DNA of 64,000 nucleotides from a virus: the IMG/VR virus record IMGVR_UViG_3300044619_001118, positions 10,284 through 74,283 of that record; one strand, given 5' to 3'. Both the position numbers and the translations under genes were made by a program. Below, piece after piece: positions 39,991 to 50,500 of the stretch (positions are counted from its first letter, which is position 1; every line of letters starts with the position of its first letter). The notes below the pieces were generated by a model. That model did not search any database. It was not told where the DNA came from and was given only the letters and a program-made list of their open reading frames with translations.

Positions 39991-39999
39991 GAGAAATAA

Positions 40000-41130
40000 A
40001 TGGTAGAAATTCCTATATGGCCTGGTAGTTCAAGTTTCTCAACAGGTAGTACACCGTTCGGATTCTTTGATACCGATGCCACATTTCAAACCGATGCAGA
40101 TAACGTCGCAGATTGGTGTGCGAAACGTCTTGGTTATCCACTTGTAGACATAGAACTTCAGGCCGGTAACTTTTATGCTTGTTTTGAAGAAGCCATATCT
40201 GAATATTCAAACCATGTAAATCAGTTTAATATCCAACAAAATATGTTGAGTATCATGGGAACACCGACCACAAATGAGTTGACCCATAGAAATATCTCAA
40301 CAAACATGGGTGGTCTTGTTCAATTAGCAACTGAATATGGTTCAGAAACATTTACGAACGGTAATGTTAATTTTTATACTGCATCTATTTCAATTGCAAC
40401 TGGTGTTCAACTTTATAATCTTGATAAATTGATTCGTGATATAAAGTCACCAACTGGTTCTATTGAAATTAAACGAGTACACCATTATGCTCCACCTGCA
40501 TCTATTCGTTTCTATGACCCATACTTGGGTAATCAGGCGATGTTAGATACGTTCGGCTTCGGTGCATATTCAACAGGTGTATCATTCATGTTGATGCCTA
40601 TGTATGCAGACTTACTTCGTATTCAGGCAATTGAGTTTAATGATTTGATGAGAAAGTCATCTTATGGATTTGAACTTATAAACAATCAATTAAGAATACA
40701 TCCTATTCCTGTAAAAGATTTTACACTTTGGATAGAATACATTGTAAAAGAAGAACGTGCAAATCCGTTGAAATATCCGGGTGGAACAGTATCGGATATA
40801 TCAAATGCGCCATACTCAAGAATGCAATATGGTAACATCAATTCCGTTGGTCGTCAATGGATTTATCGTTACACACTTGCTCTTGTAAAGGAAAACTTGG
40901 GATATATTCGTGGTAAGTACGGAACAATTCCAATTCCAAATGGTGAAACAACTTTGAATGCGGCAGACCTATTAACTGCTGCAAGTGCAGAAAAAACACA
41001 GTTGATTGAAGAATTGAGAACAATGTTAGATACAATGACTCGTTCAAAACTTCTTGAAGCAAAACGTGCAGAGACAGAACATTTAAATGTTGCTCTGAAC
41101 GGAACTCCTTTAAAGATTTATGTGGGATAA
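40000..41130 (+). CDS. Neck / head-tail adaptor (T4 gp13-like)
   Basis: RLGYPLVDIEL...EA...Y, WI..Y..AL.KE.LG.IRGKY..IPIP....LN. Confidence 0.8.
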   Translation: MVEIPIWPGSSSFSTGSTPFGFFDTDATFQTDADNVADWCAKRLGYPLVDIELQAGNFYACFEEAISEYSNHVNQFNIQQNMLSIMGTPTTNELTHRNISTNMGGLVQLATEYGSETFTNGNVNFYTASISIATGVQLYNLDKLIRDIKSPTGSIEIKRVHHYAPPASIRFYDPYLGNQAMLDTFGFGAYSTGVSFMLMPMYADLLRIQAIEFNDLMRKSSYGFELINNQLRIHPIPVKDFTLWIEYIVKEERANPLKYPGGTVSDISNAPYSRMQYGNINSVGRQWIYRYTLALVKENLGYIRGKYGTIPIPNGETTLNAADLLTAASAEKTQLIEELRTMLDTMTRSKLLEAKRAETEHLNVALNGTPLKIYVG

Positions 41131-41133
41131 TAG

Positions 41134-41658
41134 ATGCCATTATTTCACGGACAAAGGGATGCTGGTTTAGTCCATCGATTCAATACAGAATTGATAGTGG
41201 ATATAATTGACACGGAAGTTGGACTTTATAAACTTTCGTTGGTAGATACAAAAAGTAATATCTATGATGAGTCAGACAAAAAGGTTTATCAATTACCGAT
41301 AAAACTACCAGCACTTATCAATCGTCAGCCACAGACATTTGAAGGAACGGAGTTTGGACAAGATTATACACAGCCCTGTGACTTTGGATTCATCCGTGAA
41401 TATCTGAAGAAGGTGAATACTTACATTGAAGTTGGTGACGTAATAGAATACAACGGGGAATACTGGGAAGTCGATGGTATTCTTGAAAATCAATACTTCG
41501 GTGGTAAGAATCCTGATTATTCTTTTGCAACGGAAAGATGGGGACATAACGTCTCTATTATAGCTAACACACACTTGACAAGACGTTCTCGTATCCATGT
41601 GGAAGAAGTTCGTTCTGCTCCAAGAATGGATAACAACGATTTACCGGATAACATCTAA
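41134..41658 (+). CDS. Neck / head closure protein (T4 gp14-like)
   Basis: Position after the adaptor, NIYDES, EVGDVI.YN..YWEV. Confidence 0.65.
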   Translation: MPLFHGQRDAGLVHRFNTELIVDIIDTEVGLYKLSLVDTKSNIYDESDKKVYQLPIKLPALINRQPQTFEGTEFGQDYTQPCDFGFIREYLKKVNTYIEVGDVIEYNGEYWEVDGILENQYFGGKNPDYSFATERWGHNVSIIANTHLTRRSRIHVEEVRSAPRMDNNDLPDNI

Positions 41659-42656
41659 TGAAAAACTCATCCCCATACCGTAAAGCACCGATAAAAAGAA
41701 CAAGAGATTCTTTCATAGATGATAAAAATTCAGTTGAAAATCCAAGAACAGATTTTGGTCAAGCACGTCATAGAGAAGTTCGTCGGGATAAAGACAAAGT
41801 TAAAAGCTTAGGTATAACACTCTATGATGTTGATTTTGCGGTCAAATCGTATATTGACCAAACAATGCAACTTAAAGTTGAAGACAATGGTGAATTCATA
41901 CCCGTACCAACTTTATATGCAAACTCAGAAAAATGGGCATCAATACAAAAGAACGGTTATCTAAAAGATAAAAAAGGAAAGACACTCGTTCCTCTTATCA
42001 CATTTAGACGTTCTGCCGTTAACATGAAACAAGAGTTAAGACGTAATAAGGTTGCAACAACAAACCAACTTGGTTACGTTATGCAACAAAAATACAGTAA
42101 GATGGCACCATATGATAAGTTCTCAACATTATATGGGTCAAAGAAACCACAGGAATATTATGTAACACCAATTCCAGATTATGTTGATGTGACATATGAC
42201 TTTATTCTTTGGTGTGAATATCAAACTCAGCTGAACCACGTAATAGAAAATTTTGTATATTATGCAGGTAAATCTTTTGGTGAAAAAAATTTCTTCAAAT
42301 TTTCTACAAACATAGATTCTATAACGATGGAGGATAATAATACAACTGGTCAAGATAGGGTTGTTCGTGCTACCTTTCAAATAACTGTACACGCATATCT
42401 TCTACCAAAAGATGTTGCTGGTGAGGTTACAACAAAACGAGTGGTATCTCCTAATAAGATAAGTTTTGTATCTGAGGCATTTGCAGATATTAATACTGCC
42501 TTTGCACAAAATGATAGACTATACAATAGTCAAAACTTTAAATCTCTTAATAGGGACGAACAAGAAAAGTTGGAAGATTTACAAAGAAGGCTAAATGACT
42601 TTACTGATAAATCTCTAAACAAGAGTCCAGATGTATATCCAACGGAATTAGATTAA
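41658..42656 (+). CDS. Tail terminator / sheath stabiliser (T4 gp15-like)
   Basis: VP..YA..EKW, PLITF.R, PDYVDVTYDFILW. Position upstream of the sheath gene. Confidence 0.65.
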   Translation: MKNSSPYRKAPIKRTRDSFIDDKNSVENPRTDFGQARHREVRRDKDKVKSLGITLYDVDFAVKSYIDQTMQLKVEDNGEFIPVPTLYANSEKWASIQKNGYLKDKKGKTLVPLITFRRSAVNMKQELRRNKVATTNQLGYVMQQKYSKMAPYDKFSTLYGSKKPQEYYVTPIPDYVDVTYDFILWCEYQTQLNHVIENFVYYAGKSFGEKNFFKFSTNIDSITMEDNNTTGQDRVVRATFQITVHAYLLPKDVAGEVTTKRVVSPNKISFVSEAFADINTAFAQNDRLYNSQNFKSLNRDEQEKLEDLQRRLNDFTDKSLNKSPDVYPTELD

Positions 42657-42695
42657 TATTTATATTTATAATGTTTCATTTACGATGAGGTTTTT

Positions 42696-42980
42696 ATGTC
42701 AGAACAAGTTGGACAAGAATTTGCAGCGGAGGATATTGAAGCTGTGAAAAATTTACAATCAAACTATGCAACCAATACAGCACAGATTGGACAAGTTGAA
42801 GTTGAGTTGCATCTTTTGAATAAACGTTTAGAACAAATTCAAGAGTTACGAACGAATTTGTTTCAAACATATGAAGATTTACAAACTAAAGAAAAAGAAC
42901 TCGTAGAGCAACTAAACCAAAAATATGGCGATGGTGTTCTTGATTTGGATTCTGGAAGATTTATTCCATCTGCTTCGTAA
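42696..42980 (+). CDS. Small coiled-coil hypothetical protein
   Basis: GAGG RBS, ends KYGDG.LDLDSG.F. Confidence 0.7.
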   Translation: MSEQVGQEFAAEDIEAVKNLQSNYATNTAQIGQVEVELHLLNKRLEQIQELRTNLFQTYEDLQTKEKELVEQLNQKYGDGVLDLDSGRFIPSAS

Positions 42981-43044
42981 TTTAGATTTTTTTATCTATA
43001 TTTATAGAAGAGATAATTACATCAATTTTTTTTGGAGATAAATA

Positions 43045-45483
43045 GTGGCTAATGAAAGAATTGTAAGTCCTGGTGTGTTTACGATAGAAAAGGACCTTTC
43101 ATTCTTACCACAAGGTATTGGACAAATTGGAGCTGCCCTCGTCGGACCAACGATGAAAGGCCCTGCATTTGTTCCTACTGTGGTTGAAGGGTACAACGAT
43201 TTCGTAACTCAATTCGGTGGCACATATGAGCAATCATACTTGCCTTATACAGCAAAAAGTTATCTGAACAACGCCGGTAGTGCAACTATCGTTCGCGTAC
43301 TAGGTTCAGGTGGATATACACTTAAACACCCCCTTGCACTCGTTGCAACAGGTAGTTGGGGTAAAAAGTTAATATCTGTTCTTCACCCAACATTTGTTGT
43401 TTCAAGTGATGATTCAACATCATTGTTTGCACAATCAACATTGGGTTCTAACAATAGTGGTTCGTTTGTTCTTACAGTTTCTGGTGCTTTTGCAACAGAT
43501 ACATCGGCATTTACAAACGCAATAAATGAAAACGGAATACCATACAGTGCTTCTATTAATCCAGAATCAACTGCATTCGTTGGTGACCTTTATGGATATA
43601 ACCCATACGGCACACACGCTGTTTACAACTATGTAAACTTCAAATGGCAGGCATCTGCTTCACTTGCTTCTGACGGTGCAACAAGAATATTGATTGAAAC
43701 TGGTTCAGCATCATCGCCATGGGATTTCAGTGATGATTATCTCGAAGCATATACTCCGTATGTGACTTCACAAAAAGTCGGTGGATTGGCAACAAATCTC
43801 TTCCGTTTTGCAACACTTTCACACGGTATTCACGCTAACTATGAAGTTAAAGTCGGTATCGCAAACATTCGTCCAGCTGGCACAATCGCTGGTTCTGAAT
43901 ACGGTGACTTTGATGTTGTAATTCGTTATGTAGACCAATCAAAGGTTCCACAAACACCATTCACAACAGAAGACGATGACCTTCGTCCAAATGTAGTAGA
44001 GCAGTTCAAGGTTAACCTTGACCCTAACTCTCCAAAGTATATCTCCCGTGTTATCGGCGATAGATATATCACAGTAACATCTGAAGGTAAAGTTGTTGTA
44101 AACGGTGATTATTCGAACAAGTCAAAGTATGTCCGTGTTGAAGTAACGGACGCAGTTAATAACGGTGGTATTTCACCAACATTGGTTCCTTTCGGATTCC
44201 GTGCACCGGTATCTCCAATTCCAATCGGATTTACTGCACCTCCTGCGGCATCTTATGTTGCTTCTCAAACAGCTGGTGGTGCTTATAATCGTCGAGTATA
44301 TTGGGGATTCAGCTATGATTTCTCAAATACAGACAACTTCAACTACCTCCGTCCACTTCCAGTATCTGTAAATCAAACAACTGGTTCAAATGTTGACTTC
44401 TATCTTGGCGATTACAATCAACCAGCTGGTGCAAACTTCCCAAGTTCTGCTGGCGGATATAGCTCTTCGATTGACTTAACAACAAATACTGCACTTGACA
44501 CACGTAAGTTTATGATTCCGTTCCAAGGCGGATTTGATGGACACAAGCCACATCTTCAAAAGAAGACAGGTACATACATCGAAGCTGGTAACACACAAGG
44601 TTTTGATATTTCTTCAACAGGCGCTGATGGTTATACATCATATAAGAAGGGTCTTGACGCAATATCTAACTCTGATGAATTTGACATCAACATGATTGTA
44701 ACTCCTGGTGTTCTTCACTCGTTGCACTCACCAATCACAACATACGCAAAGGATGTTTGTGAAGACCGTGGTGACGCTTTCTATGTGATGGACGGTAACG
44801 CTATCGCTGACAATATCGCAACAGCTGTTTCAACTGTTGAAGGTCTTGACACAAACTATGCGGCTACATACTATCCGTGGGTTAAGATTCTTGACTTCGA
44901 TAGAAACAAGCCAATTTGGGTTCCACCGTCTGTTGTTCTTCCGGGTGTTATTGCATTCAACGACCGTGTTTCTGCTGAATGGTTCGCTCCTGCTGGTCTG
45001 AACCGTGGTGGTCTCACAGAAGTTCTTGAAGTTAAGACACGTCTTACACACTCAGAGCGTGACACACTTTATGAAGGTCGTATCAACCCAATCGCAGTAT
45101 TCCCATCAACAGGAGTATGTGTATGGGGTCAGAAGACACTTCAAGGTCGTCCATCTGCTCTTGACCGTATCAACGTCCGTCGTCTCTTGATTGCAGCTAA
45201 GAAGTTCATCGCTTCGTCTACACGTTACCTTGTATTCGAACAAAATACAACACAAACACGTACACGATTCCTGAACATCGTAACTCCTTACTTGGAGTCG
45301 ATTCAACAACGTCAAGGTTTGTATGCATTCCGTGTTATCATGGATGAGTCAAACAATACACCTGACATCATCGACCGTAACATTCTTTATGGTCAATTGT
45401 TCTTACAACCTGCGAAGACTGCTGAATTCATCATTCTTGACTTCAACATTCAATCAACAGGTGCGGCATTCCCAGGTGCTTAA
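43045..45483 (+). CDS. gp18: Contractile tail sheath (T4 gp18-like)
   Basis: SPGVFTIEKD, GP..KGPAFVP, WFAPAGLNRG, VWGQKTLQ...SALDRINVRRL, P.KTAEFI. GTG start. Confidence 0.96.
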   Translation: MANERIVSPGVFTIEKDLSFLPQGIGQIGAALVGPTMKGPAFVPTVVEGYNDFVTQFGGTYEQSYLPYTAKSYLNNAGSATIVRVLGSGGYTLKHPLALVATGSWGKKLISVLHPTFVVSSDDSTSLFAQSTLGSNNSGSFVLTVSGAFATDTSAFTNAINENGIPYSASINPESTAFVGDLYGYNPYGTHAVYNYVNFKWQASASLASDGATRILIETGSASSPWDFSDDYLEAYTPYVTSQKVGGLATNLFRFATLSHGIHANYEVKVGIANIRPAGTIAGSEYGDFDVVIRYVDQSKVPQTPFTTEDDDLRPNVVEQFKVNLDPNSPKYISRVIGDRYITVTSEGKVVVNGDYSNKSKYVRVEVTDAVNNGGISPTLVPFGFRAPVSPIPIGFTAPPAASYVASQTAGGAYNRRVYWGFSYDFSNTDNFNYLRPLPVSVNQTTGSNVDFYLGDYNQPAGANFPSSAGGYSSSIDLTTNTALDTRKFMIPFQGGFDGHKPHLQKKTGTYIEAGNTQGFDISSTGADGYTSYKKGLDAISNSDEFDINMIVTPGVLHSLHSPITTYAKDVCEDRGDAFYVMDGNAIADNIATAVSTVEGLDTNYAATYYPWVKILDFDRNKPIWVPPSVVLPGVIAFNDRVSAEWFAPAGLNRGGLTEVLEVKTRLTHSERDTLYEGRINPIAVFPSTGVCVWGQKTLQGRPSALDRINVRRLLIAAKKFIASSTRYLVFEQNTTQTRTRFLNIVTPYLESIQQRQGLYAFRVIMDESNNTPDIIDRNILYGQLFLQPAKTAEFIILDFNIQSTGAAFPGA

Positions 45484-45493
45484 TGAAATAATA

Positions 45494-45525
45494 GGGGGAG
45501 TTGAAATATACTCCCCCAATTTTTT
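45494..45525 (+). terminator. Rho-independent terminator after the sheath gene
   Basis: GGGGGAGT-loop-ACTCCCCC-AATTTTTT. Confidence 0.8.
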
Positions 45526-45573
45526 AAAAGCATCATATTTATATGAAAGAGATTTTTAAACTTGGAGAAATAA

Positions 45574-46062
45574 ATGGCTGAATTACTGGATCCTACCGAA
45601 GTATTTTTTACCCCATATGAACCGAAACTTGCTAACCGGTTTATTATGTACATCGAAGGTGTTCCTGCTTATCTCATCAAAGGTGCAAGTAGACCAAACA
45701 TTAACTTTAACCCTATCACACTTGACCACATCAATGTGAAGCGTAAGGTTAAGGGTAAAGGTGAATGGCAGGATGTCACTATCAAGCTATATGACCCAAT
45801 CGTTCCATCAGCTGCACAGGCAGTCATGGAGTGGGTTCGTCTATCACACGAGTCTGTAACAGGTCGTGATGGTTATTCTGACTTCTATAAGAAGGACATT
45901 ACATTCAACGTTCTTGGTCCAGTTGGTGACAAGGTTGAAGAATGGACTTTGAAGGGTGCGTTTATCACAGCAACAACATTTGGTGATATGGATTGGTCAA
46001 CAGATAACTTTGTTGAAATTTCCCTCACACTTGCTTACGATTACGCAATCCTCCAATACTAA
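45574..46062 (+). CDS. gp19: Tail tube protein (T4 gp19-like)
   Basis: EPKLANRF, W.D.TI.LYDPI, YKKDI....LGPVGD.VEEW.LKGAF, L.YDYA. Confidence 0.92.
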   Translation: MAELLDPTEVFFTPYEPKLANRFIMYIEGVPAYLIKGASRPNINFNPITLDHINVKRKVKGKGEWQDVTIKLYDPIVPSAAQAVMEWVRLSHESVTGRDGYSDFYKKDITFNVLGPVGDKVEEWTLKGAFITATTFGDMDWSTDNFVEISLTLAYDYAILQY

Positions 46063-46083
46063 AATTTAGTAAGGAAAACTTTG

Positions 46084-46121
46084 TGGGTATCTCGAATTTT
46101 TTCGGGATACCCATATTTATT
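46084..46121 (+). terminator. Hairpin (probable terminator) abutting a late motif
   Basis: TGGGTATCTCGAA-TTTT-TTCGGGATACCCA, then ATATTTATT (46113-46121). Confidence 0.6.
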
Positions 46122-46162
46122 TATACGAACAATATTGTTTAATTTAGTTACAGGATTATGTT

Positions 46163-47032
46163 ATGGCACAGTTACCAACTGGTTATGAAGCCCCAAAAAA
46201 TGCTATGGAAATGAGTGACGAAGAACTCAAAGCCAATTTGATGGCAGATTTCAAGCAAACTTCAGTCAAGAAATCAAACTTTCCAACAGAAATTGTCCCA
46301 CTCCCGTCCAAAGGTTTACTTTACCCAGAGGGACATCCACTTGCAGACGGTACTATCGAAATGAAGTATATGACTGCAAAGGAAGAAGATATTCTCACAT
46401 CACAGAACCTTATTAAACAAGGCGTGGTATTAGATAAATTGTTTGAGTCACTCATTGTTACTCCAATTAATTATGGTGACCTTTACGTCGGTGATAAGAA
46501 CGCAATCATGGTTGCAGCAAGAATTTTAGGTTATGGCAAAGATTATGTAGTAGAAATTGACGACCCGTTTTCACCAGGTACTAAACAAAAAGTTACAATT
46601 GATTTGACTCAAATAGAGCACAAGGAGGTGGATTATTCTCTATTCGAGCACAGGAAGAATGAGTTCGACTTCCAACTGCCTCAGTCGAAACGGGTCGTCA
46701 CATTTCGTTTGATGACTCATGAATTGGAAAAACAAATTCAAACAGAAATAAAGAGTATGAACAAAACACAAGTTCGTACTGGAATTGATAGAGAATTAAC
46801 AACAAGATTGAAAAATATCATTGTTGCTATTGATGGTGAATCTGGTAGGGCAACTGTAAATAATTTTGTTGATAACGAATTGTTTGCGGTTGATTCACGA
46901 GCTCTTCGTGCTCATATCAAGGATATGTCACCTGACCTTGATATGGGATTCACATTTATTTCAGATACTACTGGTGACGTAAAGGAGATGGAAATCCCTA
47001 TGGGAGTTTCATTTTTTTGGCCTGGGAATTGA
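46163..47032 (+). CDS. Tail / baseplate-hub assembly chaperone (T4 gp26-like)
   Basis: VPLPSKGLLYP, MTAKEEDIL, GDKNAI...ARILGYG, ends SFFWP. Sits between the tube and tape measure genes. Confidence 0.8.
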   Translation: MAQLPTGYEAPKNAMEMSDEELKANLMADFKQTSVKKSNFPTEIVPLPSKGLLYPEGHPLADGTIEMKYMTAKEEDILTSQNLIKQGVVLDKLFESLIVTPINYGDLYVGDKNAIMVAARILGYGKDYVVEIDDPFSPGTKQKVTIDLTQIEHKEVDYSLFEHRKNEFDFQLPQSKRVVTFRLMTHELEKQIQTEIKSMNKTQVRTGIDRELTTRLKNIIVAIDGESGRATVNNFVDNELFAVDSRALRAHIKDMSPDLDMGFTFISDTTGDVKEMEIPMGVSFFWPGN

Positions 47033-47246
47033 TTATAAATTAGCATTACACGAGGAGATATTCTCTTTATGTTATCATGGTCAAGGTGGGTTCACTTGGG
47101 ATGAAGTTTATGGATTGCCTATACATTTGCGAAGATTCTATATTAAAAAGATTATAGATACAGTCGAGGCAAAAAACAAGGCACAATCAGAATCACAAAG
47201 AACATCAACTTCAAAATCAAAACCACCAAGTTTTAGACCTAAATAG
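47012..47246 (+). CDS. Frameshift extension of the tail chaperone (absent from the ORF track)
   Basis: The +1 frame after the T7 run reads GLGIDYKLALHEEIFSLCYHGQGGFTWDEVYGLPIHLRRFYIKKI... to TAG at 47244-47246 and contains no ATG. Confidence 0.7.
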
Positions 47247-47250
47247 TTTT

Positions 47251-47288
47251 TGGTTCACATATTTATATGTATGTGGACCATTTTTTTA
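47251..47288 (+). terminator. Terminator hairpin overlapping a late motif
   Basis: TGGTTCACATA-loop-TATGTGGACCA-T8, with ATATTTATA at 47259-47267. Confidence 0.7.
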
Positions 47289-47301
47289 TATGGAGTTTAT
47301 T

Positions 47302-47502
47302 ATGGAATTGAAAGAGGCACTATCTAAAACAATCGTAGATTATATTTCAAAAGGAAAAATTGGAAGCTTAGAACGTGCATTTAAACAAGACGCTGTTTTA
47401 AGTAGTTATATCCAAGATTATTGGAATTCTCATAATGATTTTATGAAAAGAATAGATATGTGGTGCAAAAAATACCCAGAATCCTGTAAGAAAAAAGTTT
47501 AA
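47302..47502 (+). CDS. Small hypothetical protein
   Basis: GGAG at 47292 favours the ATG at 47302. Confidence 0.55.
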   Translation: MELKEALSKTIVDYISKGKIGSLERAFKQDAVLSSYIQDYWNSHNDFMKRIDMWCKKYPESCKKKV

Positions 47503-47514
47503 CTGGATTTATAA

Positions 47515-50500
47515 ATGGCAAAAGAAACACAAAATAATAAGAATGATGGTGAACTTATAAAACTTCGTCGTCAAGAACTTGGTGTAACACAAGAGATAAT
47601 GAATCTTCGTAAGAAATTAGAATCATTATCCGCTCGTGATTTATCAAACATCAAAGAAATTGAAAAGTTAAAAAAGAGTATTTTAAATCTTGAAACAAAA
47701 AAATCGGAAATATCTAAGAAGCTGATTGATTCTGATGAAAAAGTAAAAAAGATTAAAGAAGATACTTTAGATACTGTTGAAAAAACGGCAAAAAAGGAAA
47801 AAGAACAAGTTGATTTGACAAAAGAACATCAAAAGCAACTTCGTGAAAATAAAAAGATATTGAACGATGTTCAAGATACAAGTGCCGATATTCAAAATTT
47901 AACTAAACAATTACTTAAAGATGATAAATCGAGAAATGACCTTGTAGACAGATTAAATGGTGCGTACCAAGTAAGTCAAGGATTAGTACAATCAATACAA
48001 TCGGGTGTAAAAGATACATCCGAAGAGTATAAGAATTTTGTCTCAATCGGTAAAGATGTACAAAGTTTACTCTTATCATCGGTAAATCTAGAAGCACAGA
48101 TAAATGAATCCAGAAAAATGGCATCTCAAGGTATGTACGACGAAGTAGATGTCAGAGAACAAGAAAGTTTATTAAGAAAGATAAATATAGAACTTGAAGA
48201 TGAAGACGTAAAACTTACAAAAGAAAAACGAGAACAACTTGAAATGGCAAGGGATATTGCAATGGAATCAATAGATATTGCCAAGAAACAAAATGAAATA
48301 AATGAAGAGGCCGCGAAAATAGCAGAGGGTCATAACAAATCCATATCCAATTCAAGTGAATTACTTGGTGGATTATTTGATAAAACAGAAGGTCTTGTTA
48401 GTAAATTACCGGGTGGTGATAAATTACTCAAGGTTTTTGGATTCGAAAAGATGAAATCTCAAATAAATGAAAATCTTGGCGGAACTTTAACAAATGTAAT
48501 CAATGGATTTAAAGAAGGTGGTGTATCTGGATTCAAAGCACTTGGACAAGGTGCAATGCAATTTGGGAAAACATTGTTGATGGGCCCACAGGCTGCAATA
48601 TTTGGAATACTTGCGGCAGTTGCACTTGTTGTTGATATGTTTATGGATTTAGATGGTGCTGTATCTGAAGTACAAAAAGAACTTGGTGGAACAAAAAAGG
48701 AAGCCCTTGCTGCTCATGAAGCGGCACATGATATGGCGCACGAGATGAATCTCGTCGGTGTTAATACGAAAGAAGTTGTAAAGGGTATGTCAACTGTCTC
48801 TGAAATTATGGGCGGTATAGACGTTAAGAATATGATGCAGGCACCTGGAATGAAAGAGATGGTAAAGGATGCAACTCTTCTTTCAGAAAAATTTGGTATG
48901 TCAAAAGAAGAAATCGAGAACGTACATACTCTTTCTACAATAACTGGCAAATCAATGTCAACACTTGCAGGAGAAGCTATTCAAGTTGCAGGTGGTGTAA
49001 TGAAAACAAAGGATGCTGTTAAACTTCTTGGTGGTATATCAAAAGATGTTGCTATTTCATTTAAGGGCGGTACAAAAGAACTTATAGCCGCGGCAGCAAA
49101 GGCAAAATTACTTGGTACTGATTTAAAGAAAGTTAAAGATATTGGTATGGGTATGTTGGATATTGAAACGTCTCTTGAAAAGGAGATGGAAGCCCGTGCC
49201 ATACTTGGTAGAGATATTAATTTAGATAGGGCAAGAGAAGCTGCATTAAGCGGAGACGTTGCAACACTCCAAGACGAATTATTAACACAGGCTGGTTCAC
49301 TTAAACAATTTCAAGATGGTGGTCCTCTAAAACAAAAAGCACTTGCCGATGCTATGGGAATGACGGTCGAAGAAATGACCGATATGTTGACTAAGGCCGA
49401 GGAAATGAATAAACTCGGATTAGACAAACAACTTCAAGAAAAATTAGCAAATGCAACTGCCGAAGAAAAAGCTGCAATTTACAAAAAACAAGCAGAAACT
49501 CTACAAGGAGAAGCGAGAGATTTGGCACTTCGTAAAGCCGCCGAAGAAGAATCCGCATCAACGGCTGAAAAGTTCGGCGATATAATGACCAAGATAAAAG
49601 AAACTGCCATGAAATTGGTAACTCCAATTCTTGATATGGTTCATGGTTTAATGGATGGTGCCACACAGGGCGGTGGACTGTTAGACGTTTTTGATGGAAT
49701 AATATCAACACTTAAACCAATAATGGAAATCATCTTCGGTATAGGTAAGATAATATTTCAGAGTTTGATATTTCCATTCAAACTTGTCTTTTCGATTGTT
49801 TCGCCTATAATAGATGCGGTAAAAGAAGTCTTCTCTGCATTCAGTTCTGGTGAAAAAGATGCAACCAGTATTTCAGATATATTCGATGGTATAGCTGGTG
49901 TGATGTCTACAATACAAGATGTAGTTGGTGGTATAGTTAAAGTATTTATCGGTGGTTTAATAGAACCGGGTAAAATACTTTGGAAATCAATTATAACACC
50001 ATTGTGGGAAACATTTAAGGGAATATATGATACACTTTCAAAGGCATTCGAACCTTTGTTTGCTGCAACCGGAGAAGGTGAAAAAACCGCAGGAGTTATG
50101 GAAACTATAAAAAAAGTTATTAGTTCACTTTCACCTGTACTTGAAGTGATAGGTGGATTAATCGCTGGTGTAATCATGAAGCCATTTGAAATGTTCGCCA
50201 ATTTAATACAAATTGTGATTAAATTGTTTACAGGTGACATGACAGGTGCCGTTGATAAATTAGGAGAGTATCTCTTTGATTACTTTCTTGGTATCCCAGA
50301 AATGGTAATCACTGCTGTCTCAAAAATAATAGATGGTATTTTTGGAACAAATCTAACGGCAGGTGTTACTGACTTTTTTGCATTTATAAAAGATGGGTTT
50401 AAGTCTATTGCCGGATTAATTGAACCTATATTTGGATTTATCAAGAAAATTGGTGGACTCATTATTGACAACATAATGGCACCATTTAAATTTGTATGGG

